Below, in pieces: positions 40,077 to 48,950 of a stretch of DNA of 64,000 nt. The stretch spans positions 74,900 to 138,899 of the forward strand of contig JACPMZ010000003.1 of the NCBI GenBank assembly GCA_016185705.1, read 5' to 3'. The stretch's first letter is position 1. Each line of letters begins with the position of its first letter. Below the pieces are notes generated by a model. That model was not told the origin of the DNA, did not search any database, and worked only from the letters and a program-made list of their open reading frames with translations. The position numbers and the translations under genes were made by a program. Origin of the DNA: Candidatus Woesearchaeota archaeon (GTDB taxonomy: Archaea > Nanobdellota > Nanobdellia > Woesearchaeales > UBA10216).

Positions 40077-40191
40077 ATACGGATGCAAGCTCGCACATTC
40101 TGTTCTTCTGCAATCTTTACTGATTCTTGTTCTGCTGAAAACAGAACATTTTCACAGTTATACCATTGTGGCGGCGATGATTAAAACAGAG

Positions 40192-41901
40192 TCAGCCGGA
40201 TTTCAGCTCCTGCAGCAGCTCAATCAGCGTAGAGCAGCTCCACGCCTGACTGAGGCAGCCCTCTGCTTTTTGCTGCGACGCAGAACTCAGCTCAGAGCAG
40301 CACCCAACAGCGCCAAGCCACAGCAAATCATTGACTGAAGCATCTTTTATTTTCTTAATGTAATAGCCGTATTTTTTCCTGTTGAGCCGGGCCATAACCA
40401 CTGCTGCCAAGTTGTTTATCCAATACCAGGAATCCCCGCGATGATATGATTTGCTGTTCTCTCCAGTGTAATTTTCCTGGAAAAGCGGATGCGCCTTGTC
40501 AATGCTGGCTAAGCCGCCCCAGTCAAGCCACAAATGCGGGAGCACATTGTCAAAGCATGTTTCCCATTCTTTCTTGCTTAAAAGCTTAGGATAAGCGTAA
40601 GCTGCTATGAACACGTTCGGCCTGATGGTGAAATCAAAGGCCAAATCTGCCAGGTATTTCCTGTTCCAGAAGCCAGCCCTGGCCTTATCTGCCATCGCTG
40701 ATTCCTGATTCCTGACAGACTGTTTTTTTGACAGCAGCCAGAGAAAGTTAAGCGAAGCCAATGTCAGGGCCTGGACTTCCACCGGGAAGCCCTCCCTTCC
40801 GTTATCGCCAAAATCCGTGTCCATCCACGACTCGTTTTTGCTGCTAAAAATCAATCCGCTCCTGCCGTAAAACTCCTGCTGCCGCCCAAGCGAGTTTTTC
40901 AGAGCTGCTTTCACTTCCAAAATCTCTGAGCCGGTCAATGCCTTCGCTTCGTAAAGCTGCCTCAGCCTGAAAAAAAGCCAGCCAACTGAATCCGATGAGC
41001 CGATGCCTATGCTGGCAATCCTCCCATCCCTGCCGATCCTGCCAAGATACCTAAAAAGCAGCCTTTTGCGCAGGAGCATGCCTGCTGCAGATGAAGAAAT
41101 GACAGAGTCCCTGCTCCAATACTGATAAAACCAGGGCAGGCCTGCATAAACATCCTCAGCTGTAACAAGAGCGTCATATGAGGACTTTGCCAGCTCCAGG
41201 ACGCTGCTTTTCCTGCTCTTCTCCTGCAGGCCATGCATATGGCTGAAAACGTATTCTGACTCTGAAAGAGCAGCATCCTCGCTTAAAGCAGCTGAAAAAA
41301 CCATTTTTGAGGCATGCACAGAGAACGCCCTGTAAACATACCGTTCAGAAAGCGAGCCCCGCTGCCTGTCAAGCCTGTAATCGCGCTTCACCCAGTGGCC
41401 CAGCTTATTACAAGCGCCATCAGACCTGACGGCAAGATACAGCTTAAACTCATCCAAACCGGCTGCGGAGTCCCTGCCGTCTGTTTTTTTCACAAACTCC
41501 ACAACAAGGGCGTTGTCTTTGAAGTGTGCATTGTAGTACCTTCCCCATTCCCTGAAGTCAGAAGCAAGCATGCAGTCAAGAAAAACATCCACATCCGCAC
41601 TTTTGGAGAGGACATAGCAAAGCGAGTTGTAGTAATGCGGCAGGAAAACGCTTTCACTACGGCTGCCCCTGATTATGGCTACCCTGCCCGGATAATAATC
41701 GAACTGCTGCGGCACATCTGCTGCCTGCAGGGATTCAATGACTTTGTAAAGCCTGTTTCCAAGCGATGCAAAGTATCCGTGGTACTTGCTTTCCGGATTA
41801 GACGAGAAACTAAAAAAAGAACCTGCTCTGTTTGTAAGAATAAAGCCGGGATTGTCAATGTCCTTTGAAAGCCCCAAACATTTGTTGTTTACCGTTGCCA
41901 T
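40192..41901 (-). CDS. Amylo-alpha-1,6-glucosidase (glycogen debranching enzyme)
   Basis: AGLPWF...WSRDS, SWMDT, RPN, YHRGDSW and QAWS motifs. Confidence 0.88.
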   Translation of the reverse strand: MATVNNKCLGLSKDIDNPGFILTNRAGSFFSFSSNPESKYHGYFASLGNRLYKVIESLQAADVPQQFDYYPGRVAIIRGSRSESVFLPHYYNSLCYVLSKSADVDVFLDCMLASDFREWGRYYNAHFKDNALVVEFVKKTDGRDSAAGLDEFKLYLAVRSDGACNKLGHWVKRDYRLDRQRGSLSERYVYRAFSVHASKMVFSAALSEDAALSESEYVFSHMHGLQEKSRKSSVLELAKSSYDALVTAEDVYAGLPWFYQYWSRDSVISSSAAGMLLRKRLLFRYLGRIGRDGRIASIGIGSSDSVGWLFFRLRQLYEAKALTGSEILEVKAALKNSLGRQQEFYGRSGLIFSSKNESWMDTDFGDNGREGFPVEVQALTLASLNFLWLLSKKQSVRNQESAMADKARAGFWNRKYLADLAFDFTIRPNVFIAAYAYPKLLSKKEWETCFDNVLPHLWLDWGGLASIDKAHPLFQENYTGENSKSYHRGDSWYWINNLAAVVMARLNRKKYGYYIKKIKDASVNDLLWLGAVGCCSELSSASQQKAEGCLSQAWSCSTLIELLQELKSG

Positions 41902-41903
41902 TG

Positions 41904-42842
41904 CTAAAATTCGGACTCCCCGCGATAAAACCTGGCAGCATCCTCGGGCGAGACTGTGTTGATGGTTATGCCGCTTGACAGCTCAAAGCCAGCCCAGTTG
42001 GCTATTCTTGGAGTTACTTCAACATGAAAATGCAGGTCGCTGCCAGCAGGAGAGTAATGCAAAAAATAATTATAAGCAGCGTTCAGCTTTTTCAGCTTCC
42101 TCAAGATGCTTAAAAGGATTTTTGCAAGGGAAGAAAGCTCCTCTTTGGTTAAGTCAGCGAGCGAAGTTACATGCCTTTTCGGAAAAAGCCAGACCTCATA
42201 ATTGAACCGGGAAGCATAAGGCGCAAAGGCAACTGCATCCGCGTTTTCAAAACACCTCCTGAAGCTGCCTTTCTCAATATCAATGATTTTGCAGTACCTG
42301 CACGGCTTTCCGGAAGCATCAGCTTCCTGCTGAACAATCTGCGGAATGAATGCTGTTGCAATAATCTGCGTGTGGCTGTGCTGCAAAGAAGCGCCGCCTT
42401 TGCTGCCGTGATTCTTGAAAATGGCAACGTAATTTATGCTGCGCCTGCCGCTTAACTCAGCAATTCTGCCTTTGTATATGGAAAAAAGCTCAGCTAATTC
42501 AGCGCTGCCCAAATCCCAGAGCTGCTTTTTTTTTGAAGGGGTCTCAACAATAATCTCATGCATGCCAAAAGCATCAGCAAAGGTAAAAAAAGTGTTGTCA
42601 GTCCTTACATCAGGATTGCCGAGAATGTCAACTGCAGGAAACTTGTTTGCAAACCACCTGAAGCGCCATTTCCTGTTTCCAATGCGGCCAATTTCAGCCG
42701 GAGTAAGGTGCTCATTGCCGGGGCAGAAAAAGCACAAGTCCTTCCCGGAGCTGTCAGGTTCACGCAGCTCCTGAGGCCGCCTGCCCCTGCCAGAAGCTAT
42801 AATCACCCAGCGGTCCAGGATGTAGTCTTTTCTCAGCTCCAT
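41904..42842 (-). CDS. galT: Galactose-1-phosphate uridylyltransferase family (GalT/HIT; possibly an ADP-glucose phosphorylase)
   Basis: ELRKD, RGRRP, CFFCPGNE, NKFPA and GASLQHSHTQ (HxHxQ). Confidence 0.85.
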   Translation of the reverse strand: MELRKDYILDRWVIIASGRGRRPQELREPDSSGKDLCFFCPGNEHLTPAEIGRIGNRKWRFRWFANKFPAVDILGNPDVRTDNTFFTFADAFGMHEIIVETPSKKKQLWDLGSAELAELFSIYKGRIAELSGRRSINYVAIFKNHGSKGGASLQHSHTQIIATAFIPQIVQQEADASGKPCRYCKIIDIEKGSFRRCFENADAVAFAPYASRFNYEVWLFPKRHVTSLADLTKEELSSLAKILLSILRKLKKLNAAYNYFLHYSPAGSDLHFHVEVTPRIANWAGFELSSGITINTVSPEDAARFYRGESEF

Positions 42843-42843
42843 A

Positions 42844-44613
42844 TTATGCCCTCTCCAAAGCAAGATTGTAGGCGTTTTCATAATTCTTAATCATGCGCTT
42901 CCAATCAGTCAATGATGCAAGGTGCTTCGCATCTATCTTGTTCTTAATGCGCTCCTGCACGCCAAGCGAGCCATAATCATCCAGGATTTTTGCCAGCGCT
43001 TTCACAACCTCATCATCACCGACTCCAAAGCGCCTGACGACAAAAATGCCGGGAGATTCCTTATCCCGGCTTTGGTCGCATATATACCTCCCGTAGCCCG
43101 AAAGGTCAGTGGTTACCGAAGCCACCCCCAATGCAGCAGCTTCAACCGGAGTATAGCCCCACGGCTCATAGAAGCTCGGGAACACCCCCAAATGCGCGCC
43201 CTGCATTGCCTCGTAATAGGACAGGTCCAGCAAGCCATCCGAGCCAGTCAGATAAATAGGATAGAATACCACCTTAACCCGGTCAGCCTTCCTGTTCAGC
43301 AGGCCGGAAGCCTTAAAAGCATTAAATATCTGGTCAGAATCCTCGCTATGAACAGTATGCGTGGACAAAGGAGGAACCCCTGCCCGCTTAAACCTCAACA
43401 GCTTCTTCCTAACCTCATCAAGCAGCGAAGGACCAAGAAGATAGCTTTCATCGCAGGTTGACTTTGACGCAATCATGGACGTCAAAAGCCGCTCCATTAA
43501 AACTTCGTGCTCGTCTGTAATTGAATCCTTCACATCCTTAAAAAAAGACTTGTTTTCAGTCAACTCCGGCCTAATCTCCCCAACATTTCCCGGAACCCAG
43601 AAAAAAGCAACAATGGTTTTGCTGGACTTCCGCGCCTTCAGCTTCCGGTTCAGGTCGCCCAAAGCCCTTATGAAGATGTCAATGCCCTTTGCCCTGAACT
43701 CATACCTGGAAGCAAGGAAGTAAATCAGCGTGTCGTCAATGTCAAAGTCATAATACGGGAAAAAGTAGTAAAGCAAAAACTCCTTAATCTTGCTTTTGTA
43801 CAAGCGGTGCTTTATTGAGGCCTCCTCAAATGTCGGAAATTTGCCTGTATTAAGCCCGTTTGGCAGCACAACATCAACTTTTCTGCCCAAAAATTTTTCC
43901 GCCTCAATTGCCGTAATAGGGCTTACTGTCGTAAAGACATCAGCATTCTTTGCCGCCTGCTCCTCAATCTGGTGCTTGGGCAACATGCTCGTGCGGTACT
44001 CGGGCTTGCCGAGGTCAGCAGAAAACTTTGCATCATAAATGTCAAGCCCTGCGCCGGCAAAGCTCCTGCCCAAAACAGTTGCGTGGGTAGTGAAAACAGA
44101 GGCAACATTCGCCTTTCTGCCTTTCAAGTAAAGCAAAGCAGCGCCAGCCAGCCACTCATGGCAGTGCGCAATGGCCTTTTTGCCTTTTGAAAATTCTTCC
44201 ACAGCCATGCCTGCAGCATAAGAAAAAATAACAGGCTCGTCAAAATCAAAGTAAGAGGTGTACAGGGAATCTATCTTAAACATGTCCCATAACTCGGCCT
44301 TTACAAAGTCCTTTCTTGCAGTAAAACCGCTGAAGTCCAGGAGAATTGCACTGATTTCCGTGTCTGTAAGCCACTTGCCAAAATGGCAGACAATACCCTG
44401 CTCCTTCAGCCTGTTAAATGCGGCGTTAAACTCGTGGGGAACCGGCTCCTCAATAAACTCTGACCTGTGCTTATCGGGAAAATAAGGACCTATGGCAAAG
44501 TATTTCTCATAGCGGTCCCTGACATCAGCGGATTTGCTCTTAATAACAGTGTAAATGCCGCCTACCTTGTTGCAAACTTCCCAAGAAATCTCAAACAAGT
44601 ACGTGCTGCTCAC
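42844..44613 (-). CDS. Glycogen synthase, GT3 family
   Basis: WEVCNKVGGIYTV, HCHEW, TTHATVLGR, RYEFRAKG and FPSFYEPWGYTP motifs. Confidence 0.92.
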   Translation of the reverse strand: MSSTYLFEISWEVCNKVGGIYTVIKSKSADVRDRYEKYFAIGPYFPDKHRSEFIEEPVPHEFNAAFNRLKEQGIVCHFGKWLTDTEISAILLDFSGFTARKDFVKAELWDMFKIDSLYTSYFDFDEPVIFSYAAGMAVEEFSKGKKAIAHCHEWLAGAALLYLKGRKANVASVFTTHATVLGRSFAGAGLDIYDAKFSADLGKPEYRTSMLPKHQIEEQAAKNADVFTTVSPITAIEAEKFLGRKVDVVLPNGLNTGKFPTFEEASIKHRLYKSKIKEFLLYYFFPYYDFDIDDTLIYFLASRYEFRAKGIDIFIRALGDLNRKLKARKSSKTIVAFFWVPGNVGEIRPELTENKSFFKDVKDSITDEHEVLMERLLTSMIASKSTCDESYLLGPSLLDEVRKKLLRFKRAGVPPLSTHTVHSEDSDQIFNAFKASGLLNRKADRVKVVFYPIYLTGSDGLLDLSYYEAMQGAHLGVFPSFYEPWGYTPVEAAALGVASVTTDLSGYGRYICDQSRDKESPGIFVVRRFGVGDDEVVKALAKILDDYGSLGVQERIKNKIDAKHLASLTDWKRMIKNYENAYNLALERA

Positions 44614-44673
44614 TCATCTCAACCCCTTTTCCCAGAATAATTGGCAGATTAGTATAAAATTCTATTGTTTTTT

Positions 44674-44925
44674 GGTAAAGCCAGGTTAAGTGCCAAAACC
44701 GTGCGCACACTGCGCAGATTTTTTTCTCTTTTCAGAAATTCAGCTCTGTTCTTTACTCCGCGCTTCATCTCCACCTCCCTTAATTTTTGAAGGGAGGTGG
44801 AGATGAAGCGCAATGGCAGCTTAAGCATGCGGTTTTTCGGAGATACCCAGCTTAGAAAGGAAAAAAACAGCCAAGCAGGCATCGGCAAGCTGAGGATTGC
44901 AGGGCATGCAAAACTTTACATTACT
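44674..44925. mobile_element. Decayed, internally expanded copy of the 144-bp MITE; contains palindrome copy 6 (44760-44811)
   Basis: Left end ggtaaagccaggttaagtgccaaaacc and right end cagccaagcaggcatcggcaagctgaggattgcagg...aactttacattac align with 32091-32234. No target duplication remains. Confidence 0.8.
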
Positions 44926-45021
44926 GCCTGCCCTGATTATAGTCAGAACATAGTGCTAAAAGAAAAAGTTTAAATACAATCAGTGCAATAAAGCTGGCGG
45001 GGTTCTAAAGAGGAAGGCGAA

Positions 45022-45330
45022 TTGAGAAGAACATTTTTGCAATTAAGGGAGCACATCCTGAGGGCATTGCTTGAAGGCCCTCTGACAATAAACCAGGTTG
45101 CCTGCAGGACAGGCATCAACTGGCGCACTGCAAAGCACCATCTCGAATTCCTTAAGTATAGAGGCATGGCAGCCGAGGTAGTAAGCTCATCCTATGTTAA
45201 GATATACAGGATAACAGAACAAGGCGGAAGCAGTTTCCCTGTGAAGCAGGCAGTAAAACGCGAGGCATTAGAAGTTGAGATTACACTTAATGGGAAGTCC
45301 CGCGAACTTGAAAAGGTGGAAATAAGATGA
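45022..45330 (+). CDS. Winged-helix transcriptional regulator
   Basis: TINQVACRTGINWRTAKHHLEFL HTH; ATGA-coupled to GT4. Confidence 0.78.
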   Translation: MRRTFLQLREHILRALLEGPLTINQVACRTGINWRTAKHHLEFLKYRGMAAEVVSSSYVKIYRITEQGGSSFPVKQAVKREALEVEITLNGKSRELEKVEIR

Positions 45331-46523
45331 GGGTGCTGATGTTTGGCTGGGAGTTCCCGCCTTTCAGCTCAGGCGGCCTGGGGTCAGCGTGCTATGGCCT
45401 TGCAAGAGCATTGAGCAGGGAGAATGTTGACATAACATTTGTGCTCCCGCAGGCAAACCCCATTGAATATGATTTCATGAAGGTAATAGCTGCCAACATA
45501 CCAAGACTCAAGCTGCGCGGCATAAAGTCCATGATAAGCGGATATGCAACTTCGCATGAATATGAGCAAAAAATTTTTCAGATGAAAATGAAAGCAGACC
45601 CTTCACTGGAAATTTACGGCCAGAACCTTATTGAAGAAGTTGAGAGGTATGCGAACAAAGCGGCGGAAATTGCCAGGGAGGAGGCGCACGACTTAATTCA
45701 CGCGCACGACTGGCTTACATTCAAAGCAGGCATAGCAGCAAAAAAAGCGTCAGGAAAACCGCTGGTTGTGCACGTGCACGCAACCGAATTTGACAGGACA
45801 GGAGGGCATGGAGTGAACCAGTACGTGTATGACGCGGAAAGGGAAGGCATGCATGCTGCAGACGCAATAATCGCTGTCAGCAACTACACCAAATCAAAGA
45901 TAATCCGCTACTATGCTGTAAGCCCTGAAAAAGTGCACGTTGTGCACAACGCCATTGACATTGACAGCACAGCAGCAAACCCGCAGCACAAAACAGGCAA
46001 GGTGGTGCTGTACCTTGGAAGGGTAACGCTGCAGAAAGGCCCGGACTATTTTGTTGACGCTGCGAAAAAAGTGCTGGAAAAAGAGCCTGATGCAAGGTTC
46101 ATTATCGCAGGAAAAGGCGACATGGAAACACGCCTTATCAACAAGGCAGCCAGCCTCGGCATATCTGACCGGGTGCTGTTCACAGGATTTTTGCGGGACA
46201 GCGACATAGCAAAGGCATACAGCATGGCAAGCTTGTATGTAATGCCCTCAGTTTCAGAGCCATTCGGAATAACTCCGCTGGAAGCAGCAGGCAACTGCAC
46301 GCCTGTTATGATATCAAAGCAGTCAGGCGTTTCAGAAGTATTAAACCACTGCCTTCGCGTTGACTTCTGGGACGTCAATGAAATGGCAAACAAAATACTG
46401 GCAGTGCTGCATCACAGGGAGCTGCAGGAAGCTCTTACAGAAAACAGCTTCCGGGAAGTCAGCCGAATGAGCTGGGCAAGCTCAGCCAAAAAATGCATGC
46501 AGGTATATGAGGCAGTGAAATGA
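45327..46523 (+). CDS. Glycosyltransferase family 4
   Basis: WEFPP..GGLG, HAHDW, GRVTLQKG and PSVSEPFGITPLEA motifs. Confidence 0.93.
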   Translation: MRVLMFGWEFPPFSSGGLGSACYGLARALSRENVDITFVLPQANPIEYDFMKVIAANIPRLKLRGIKSMISGYATSHEYEQKIFQMKMKADPSLEIYGQNLIEEVERYANKAAEIAREEAHDLIHAHDWLTFKAGIAAKKASGKPLVVHVHATEFDRTGGHGVNQYVYDAEREGMHAADAIIAVSNYTKSKIIRYYAVSPEKVHVVHNAIDIDSTAANPQHKTGKVVLYLGRVTLQKGPDYFVDAAKKVLEKEPDARFIIAGKGDMETRLINKAASLGISDRVLFTGFLRDSDIAKAYSMASLYVMPSVSEPFGITPLEAAGNCTPVMISKQSGVSEVLNHCLRVDFWDVNEMANKILAVLHHRELQEALTENSFREVSRMSWASSAKKCMQVYEAVK

Positions 46524-46571
46524 GGCAGAGGAGCCAGCCAGGGCACAAAAGCTGACGACACCCAAAAATGA

Positions 46572-46689
46572 GGCTATGCCAGCTTTTGCGTGTTTCGCTG
46601 CCCGCTTTTTATTCCCTCCCTCGCAAATTAAGGGAGGGAATAAAAAGCGGGCGAGGCAGCGGAAAAAACACACTTAACTTGAAATTACC
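46572..46689. mobile_element. 118-bp MITE with an IS1-like end and a 9-bp target duplication; contains palindrome copy 7 (46600-46652)
   Basis: Right end cacttaacttgaaattacc is the reverse complement of the 52839 left end. Degenerate left end ggctatgccagctt. caaaaatga occurs at 46563-71 and 46690-98. Confidence 0.82.
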
Positions 46690-46750
46690 CAAAAATGAGA
46701 AGATTTAAAAATTGCGGAATACACATTAAAGCACTTAAAGAGGGCGGGGT

Positions 46751-47953
46751 ATGGTAAGCGTATGCTTTTATTTCCAGGTGCATCAGCCAGAGCGGATAAG
46801 AAAGTACTCTGTCTTTGAGGTCGGGAAGAGCGCTGACTATTTCTTCCATCAGAAGAACAGGGAAATAATAGAACGGGTTGCAAAGAAATGCTACCTGCCG
46901 GCAAACGCGATAATTCTGGAACAGCTGAAAAAGCATGGCAGGCTTAAAGTTGCCTATTCTTTCAGCGGCGTCGTGCTTGAGCAGCTGGAGAAATACGTTC
47001 CCGAAGCAATCAGCTCTTTCCAGAAGCTTGCAGACACAGGAAAGGTTGAAATACTCGACGAGACCTACTACCACTCGCTGGCATTCCTTTATTCAAAAAA
47101 AGAGTTTTTTGAGCAGGTGAGAATGCACAGGCGCAAAATAAGCGAGCTGTTCGGGCAAAAGCCAAAAGTGTTCAGGAATACTGAACTGACGTACAACAAT
47201 GAGCTGGCAGCGACAGCAGCAGAGATGGGATACAAGGCAGTGCTGGCAGAGGGAGCAGACCACATACTCGGCTGGAGAAGCCCGAATTTCGTCTATAAGC
47301 CGGTAACTGCAGACATAAAGCTGCTGCTCAAGAACTACCGGCTCTCAGACGACATAGCATTCAGGTTCAGCAACCATGACTGGAAGCACTGGCCCCTTAC
47401 CGCAGAAAAATTCGCGTCCTGGGTGAACAGCATAAACGGGAACGGAAACTGCGTAAACCTGTTCATGGACTATGAAACATTCGGCGAGCACCAGTGGCCT
47501 TCAACAGGCATATTCAATTTCCTGAGAGCAGTGCCAGGCGAAATACTAAAGCATCCGGACAACGATTTCAGGACGCCAACTGAGATTGCAGAATTCAAGC
47601 CAGTCGGAGAGCTTGACGTGCCATTCACAGTCTCGTGGGCTGACGTGGAGAGAGACCTGAGCGCGTGGACTGGAAACAAGATGCAGCAGGCCGCACTGCA
47701 GAAAATATATGAAATGGAAGCCGCAATAAGGGGAAGCGGCAGCAAAAAGCTTATTGAAAACTGGAGGAAGCTCCAGACATCAGACCACTTCTACTACATG
47801 TGCACCAAGTGGTTCAATGACGGAGACGTGCATAAGTATTTTAACCCCTACGACTCGCCGTATGATGCGTTCATAGCATACATGAACATAATAAGCGACA
47901 TCAAGCAAAAGCTTAAACCAATTGAGGAAGCAATACCAACAATAATGAGGTGA
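46751..47953 (+). CDS. Glycoside hydrolase family 57 (alpha-amylase-like)
   Basis: HQP, ETYYHSL, FRNTEL, MDYETFGEH and QTSDHFYYM motifs. Confidence 0.93.
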   Translation: MVSVCFYFQVHQPERIRKYSVFEVGKSADYFFHQKNREIIERVAKKCYLPANAIILEQLKKHGRLKVAYSFSGVVLEQLEKYVPEAISSFQKLADTGKVEILDETYYHSLAFLYSKKEFFEQVRMHRRKISELFGQKPKVFRNTELTYNNELAATAAEMGYKAVLAEGADHILGWRSPNFVYKPVTADIKLLLKNYRLSDDIAFRFSNHDWKHWPLTAEKFASWVNSINGNGNCVNLFMDYETFGEHQWPSTGIFNFLRAVPGEILKHPDNDFRTPTEIAEFKPVGELDVPFTVSWADVERDLSAWTGNKMQQAALQKIYEMEAAIRGSGSKKLIENWRKLQTSDHFYYMCTKWFNDGDVHKYFNPYDSPYDAFIAYMNIISDIKQKLKPIEEAIPTIMR

Positions 47954-47957
47954 TTTT

Positions 47958-48281
47958 ATGGGAAATAGAAAGAATGAGGAGCCGGTCAGCAAAAACATTA
48001 CTGAACTGGCAATACTGAGGTTCATGGAAGCGCCGAGCGGCAAGCAGTTTGTGCTGAATGACGGACGTCTGCTGAAAAATATCAAGGAACTGGCTGATGC
48101 GCTTGAGCACATGAGCGATGACGTATTCAAGCATCATGTTGCTCCCGGAAAAAACGATTTCAGCATCTGGGTGAGCGAAGTGCTGCAGGAAAATGACTTG
48201 GCAGACGACTTGACTGCTGTTGACAATCAGTTAAAGGCGCAATTGGCGGTGCTGAAGCACATAGCCAAGAAAGCATTTTGA
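47958..48281 (+). CDS. DUF5752-like small protein, paralog 1
   Basis: F.LNDG..LKNIKELADAL..M...VFKHHV...KNDFSIWV. Confidence 0.7.
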   Translation: MGNRKNEEPVSKNITELAILRFMEAPSGKQFVLNDGRLLKNIKELADALEHMSDDVFKHHVAPGKNDFSIWVSEVLQENDLADDLTAVDNQLKAQLAVLKHIAKKAF

Positions 48282-48282
48282 G

Positions 48283-48597
48283 GTGAAAAAAATGAAAAAA
48301 GACAAAGCGAATGAAGCCAGAAAGCTTCTGAGCAACGTAGAGCACTGGAAGGCATTCTGGGTGAACAAGGGACCCATATACAGGAATATTGCGGAGTTTG
48401 GGGCCAAGGTGGGAAACCTGAAGCCAGCCCAATTTGCGCACCACGTAAACAAAAGCAAGAACGACTTTGCAAAATGGGTGGATGAGGCAATCGGAGACAA
48501 GGTGCTTGCGAAAAGGCTGCGCAGCCTGAAAACAAAGCAGGCAATAGCCAGAGTGGTATCAGAGCGGGTAAGCGCGCTGAAAAAGCTTGCAAAATGA
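48283..48597 (+). CDS. DUF5752-like small protein, paralog 2
   Basis: FWVNKG...RNIAEF...QFAHHV...KNDFAKWV...GDKVLA. Confidence 0.7.
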   Translation: MKKMKKDKANEARKLLSNVEHWKAFWVNKGPIYRNIAEFGAKVGNLKPAQFAHHVNKSKNDFAKWVDEAIGDKVLAKRLRSLKTKQAIARVVSERVSALKKLAK

Positions 48598-48950
48598 ACC
48601 TGAGGAACAACGTAAGCCCTGAACACAGGTTTTACTGCGCTGACGGCAGCACCTTCCAAAACCTGAACGAGCTTGCATCCGGGCTGAGAAAAATGCGGCC
48701 CGAAGTATTCCAGCACCACGCAAACGCAGGCAACAATGATTTCCGCAACTGGGTGCGGGATGTGTATGGCAACAAACAGCTTGCAGACCAGATTGCCCGG
48801 GCAAAACTCAGCCTGGAAGCATCGCAGATAATAGCCAGGAAGCTGAATACAACCGGGAAGCGGGCAAAGCGCGCAATGAAAAATGAAAGACTGCATAAAA
48901 AAATCCACAAACACATAATGCGGCTTATGAGCAAATACAGGAAAAAATAA
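48594..48950 (+). CDS. DUF5752-like small protein, paralog 3
   Basis: FYCADG..FQNLNELA..L..M...VFQHHA...NNDFRNWV..VYGN..LA. Confidence 0.7.
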   Translation: MNLRNNVSPEHRFYCADGSTFQNLNELASGLRKMRPEVFQHHANAGNNDFRNWVRDVYGNKQLADQIARAKLSLEASQIIARKLNTTGKRAKRAMKNERLHKKIHKHIMRLMSKYRKK

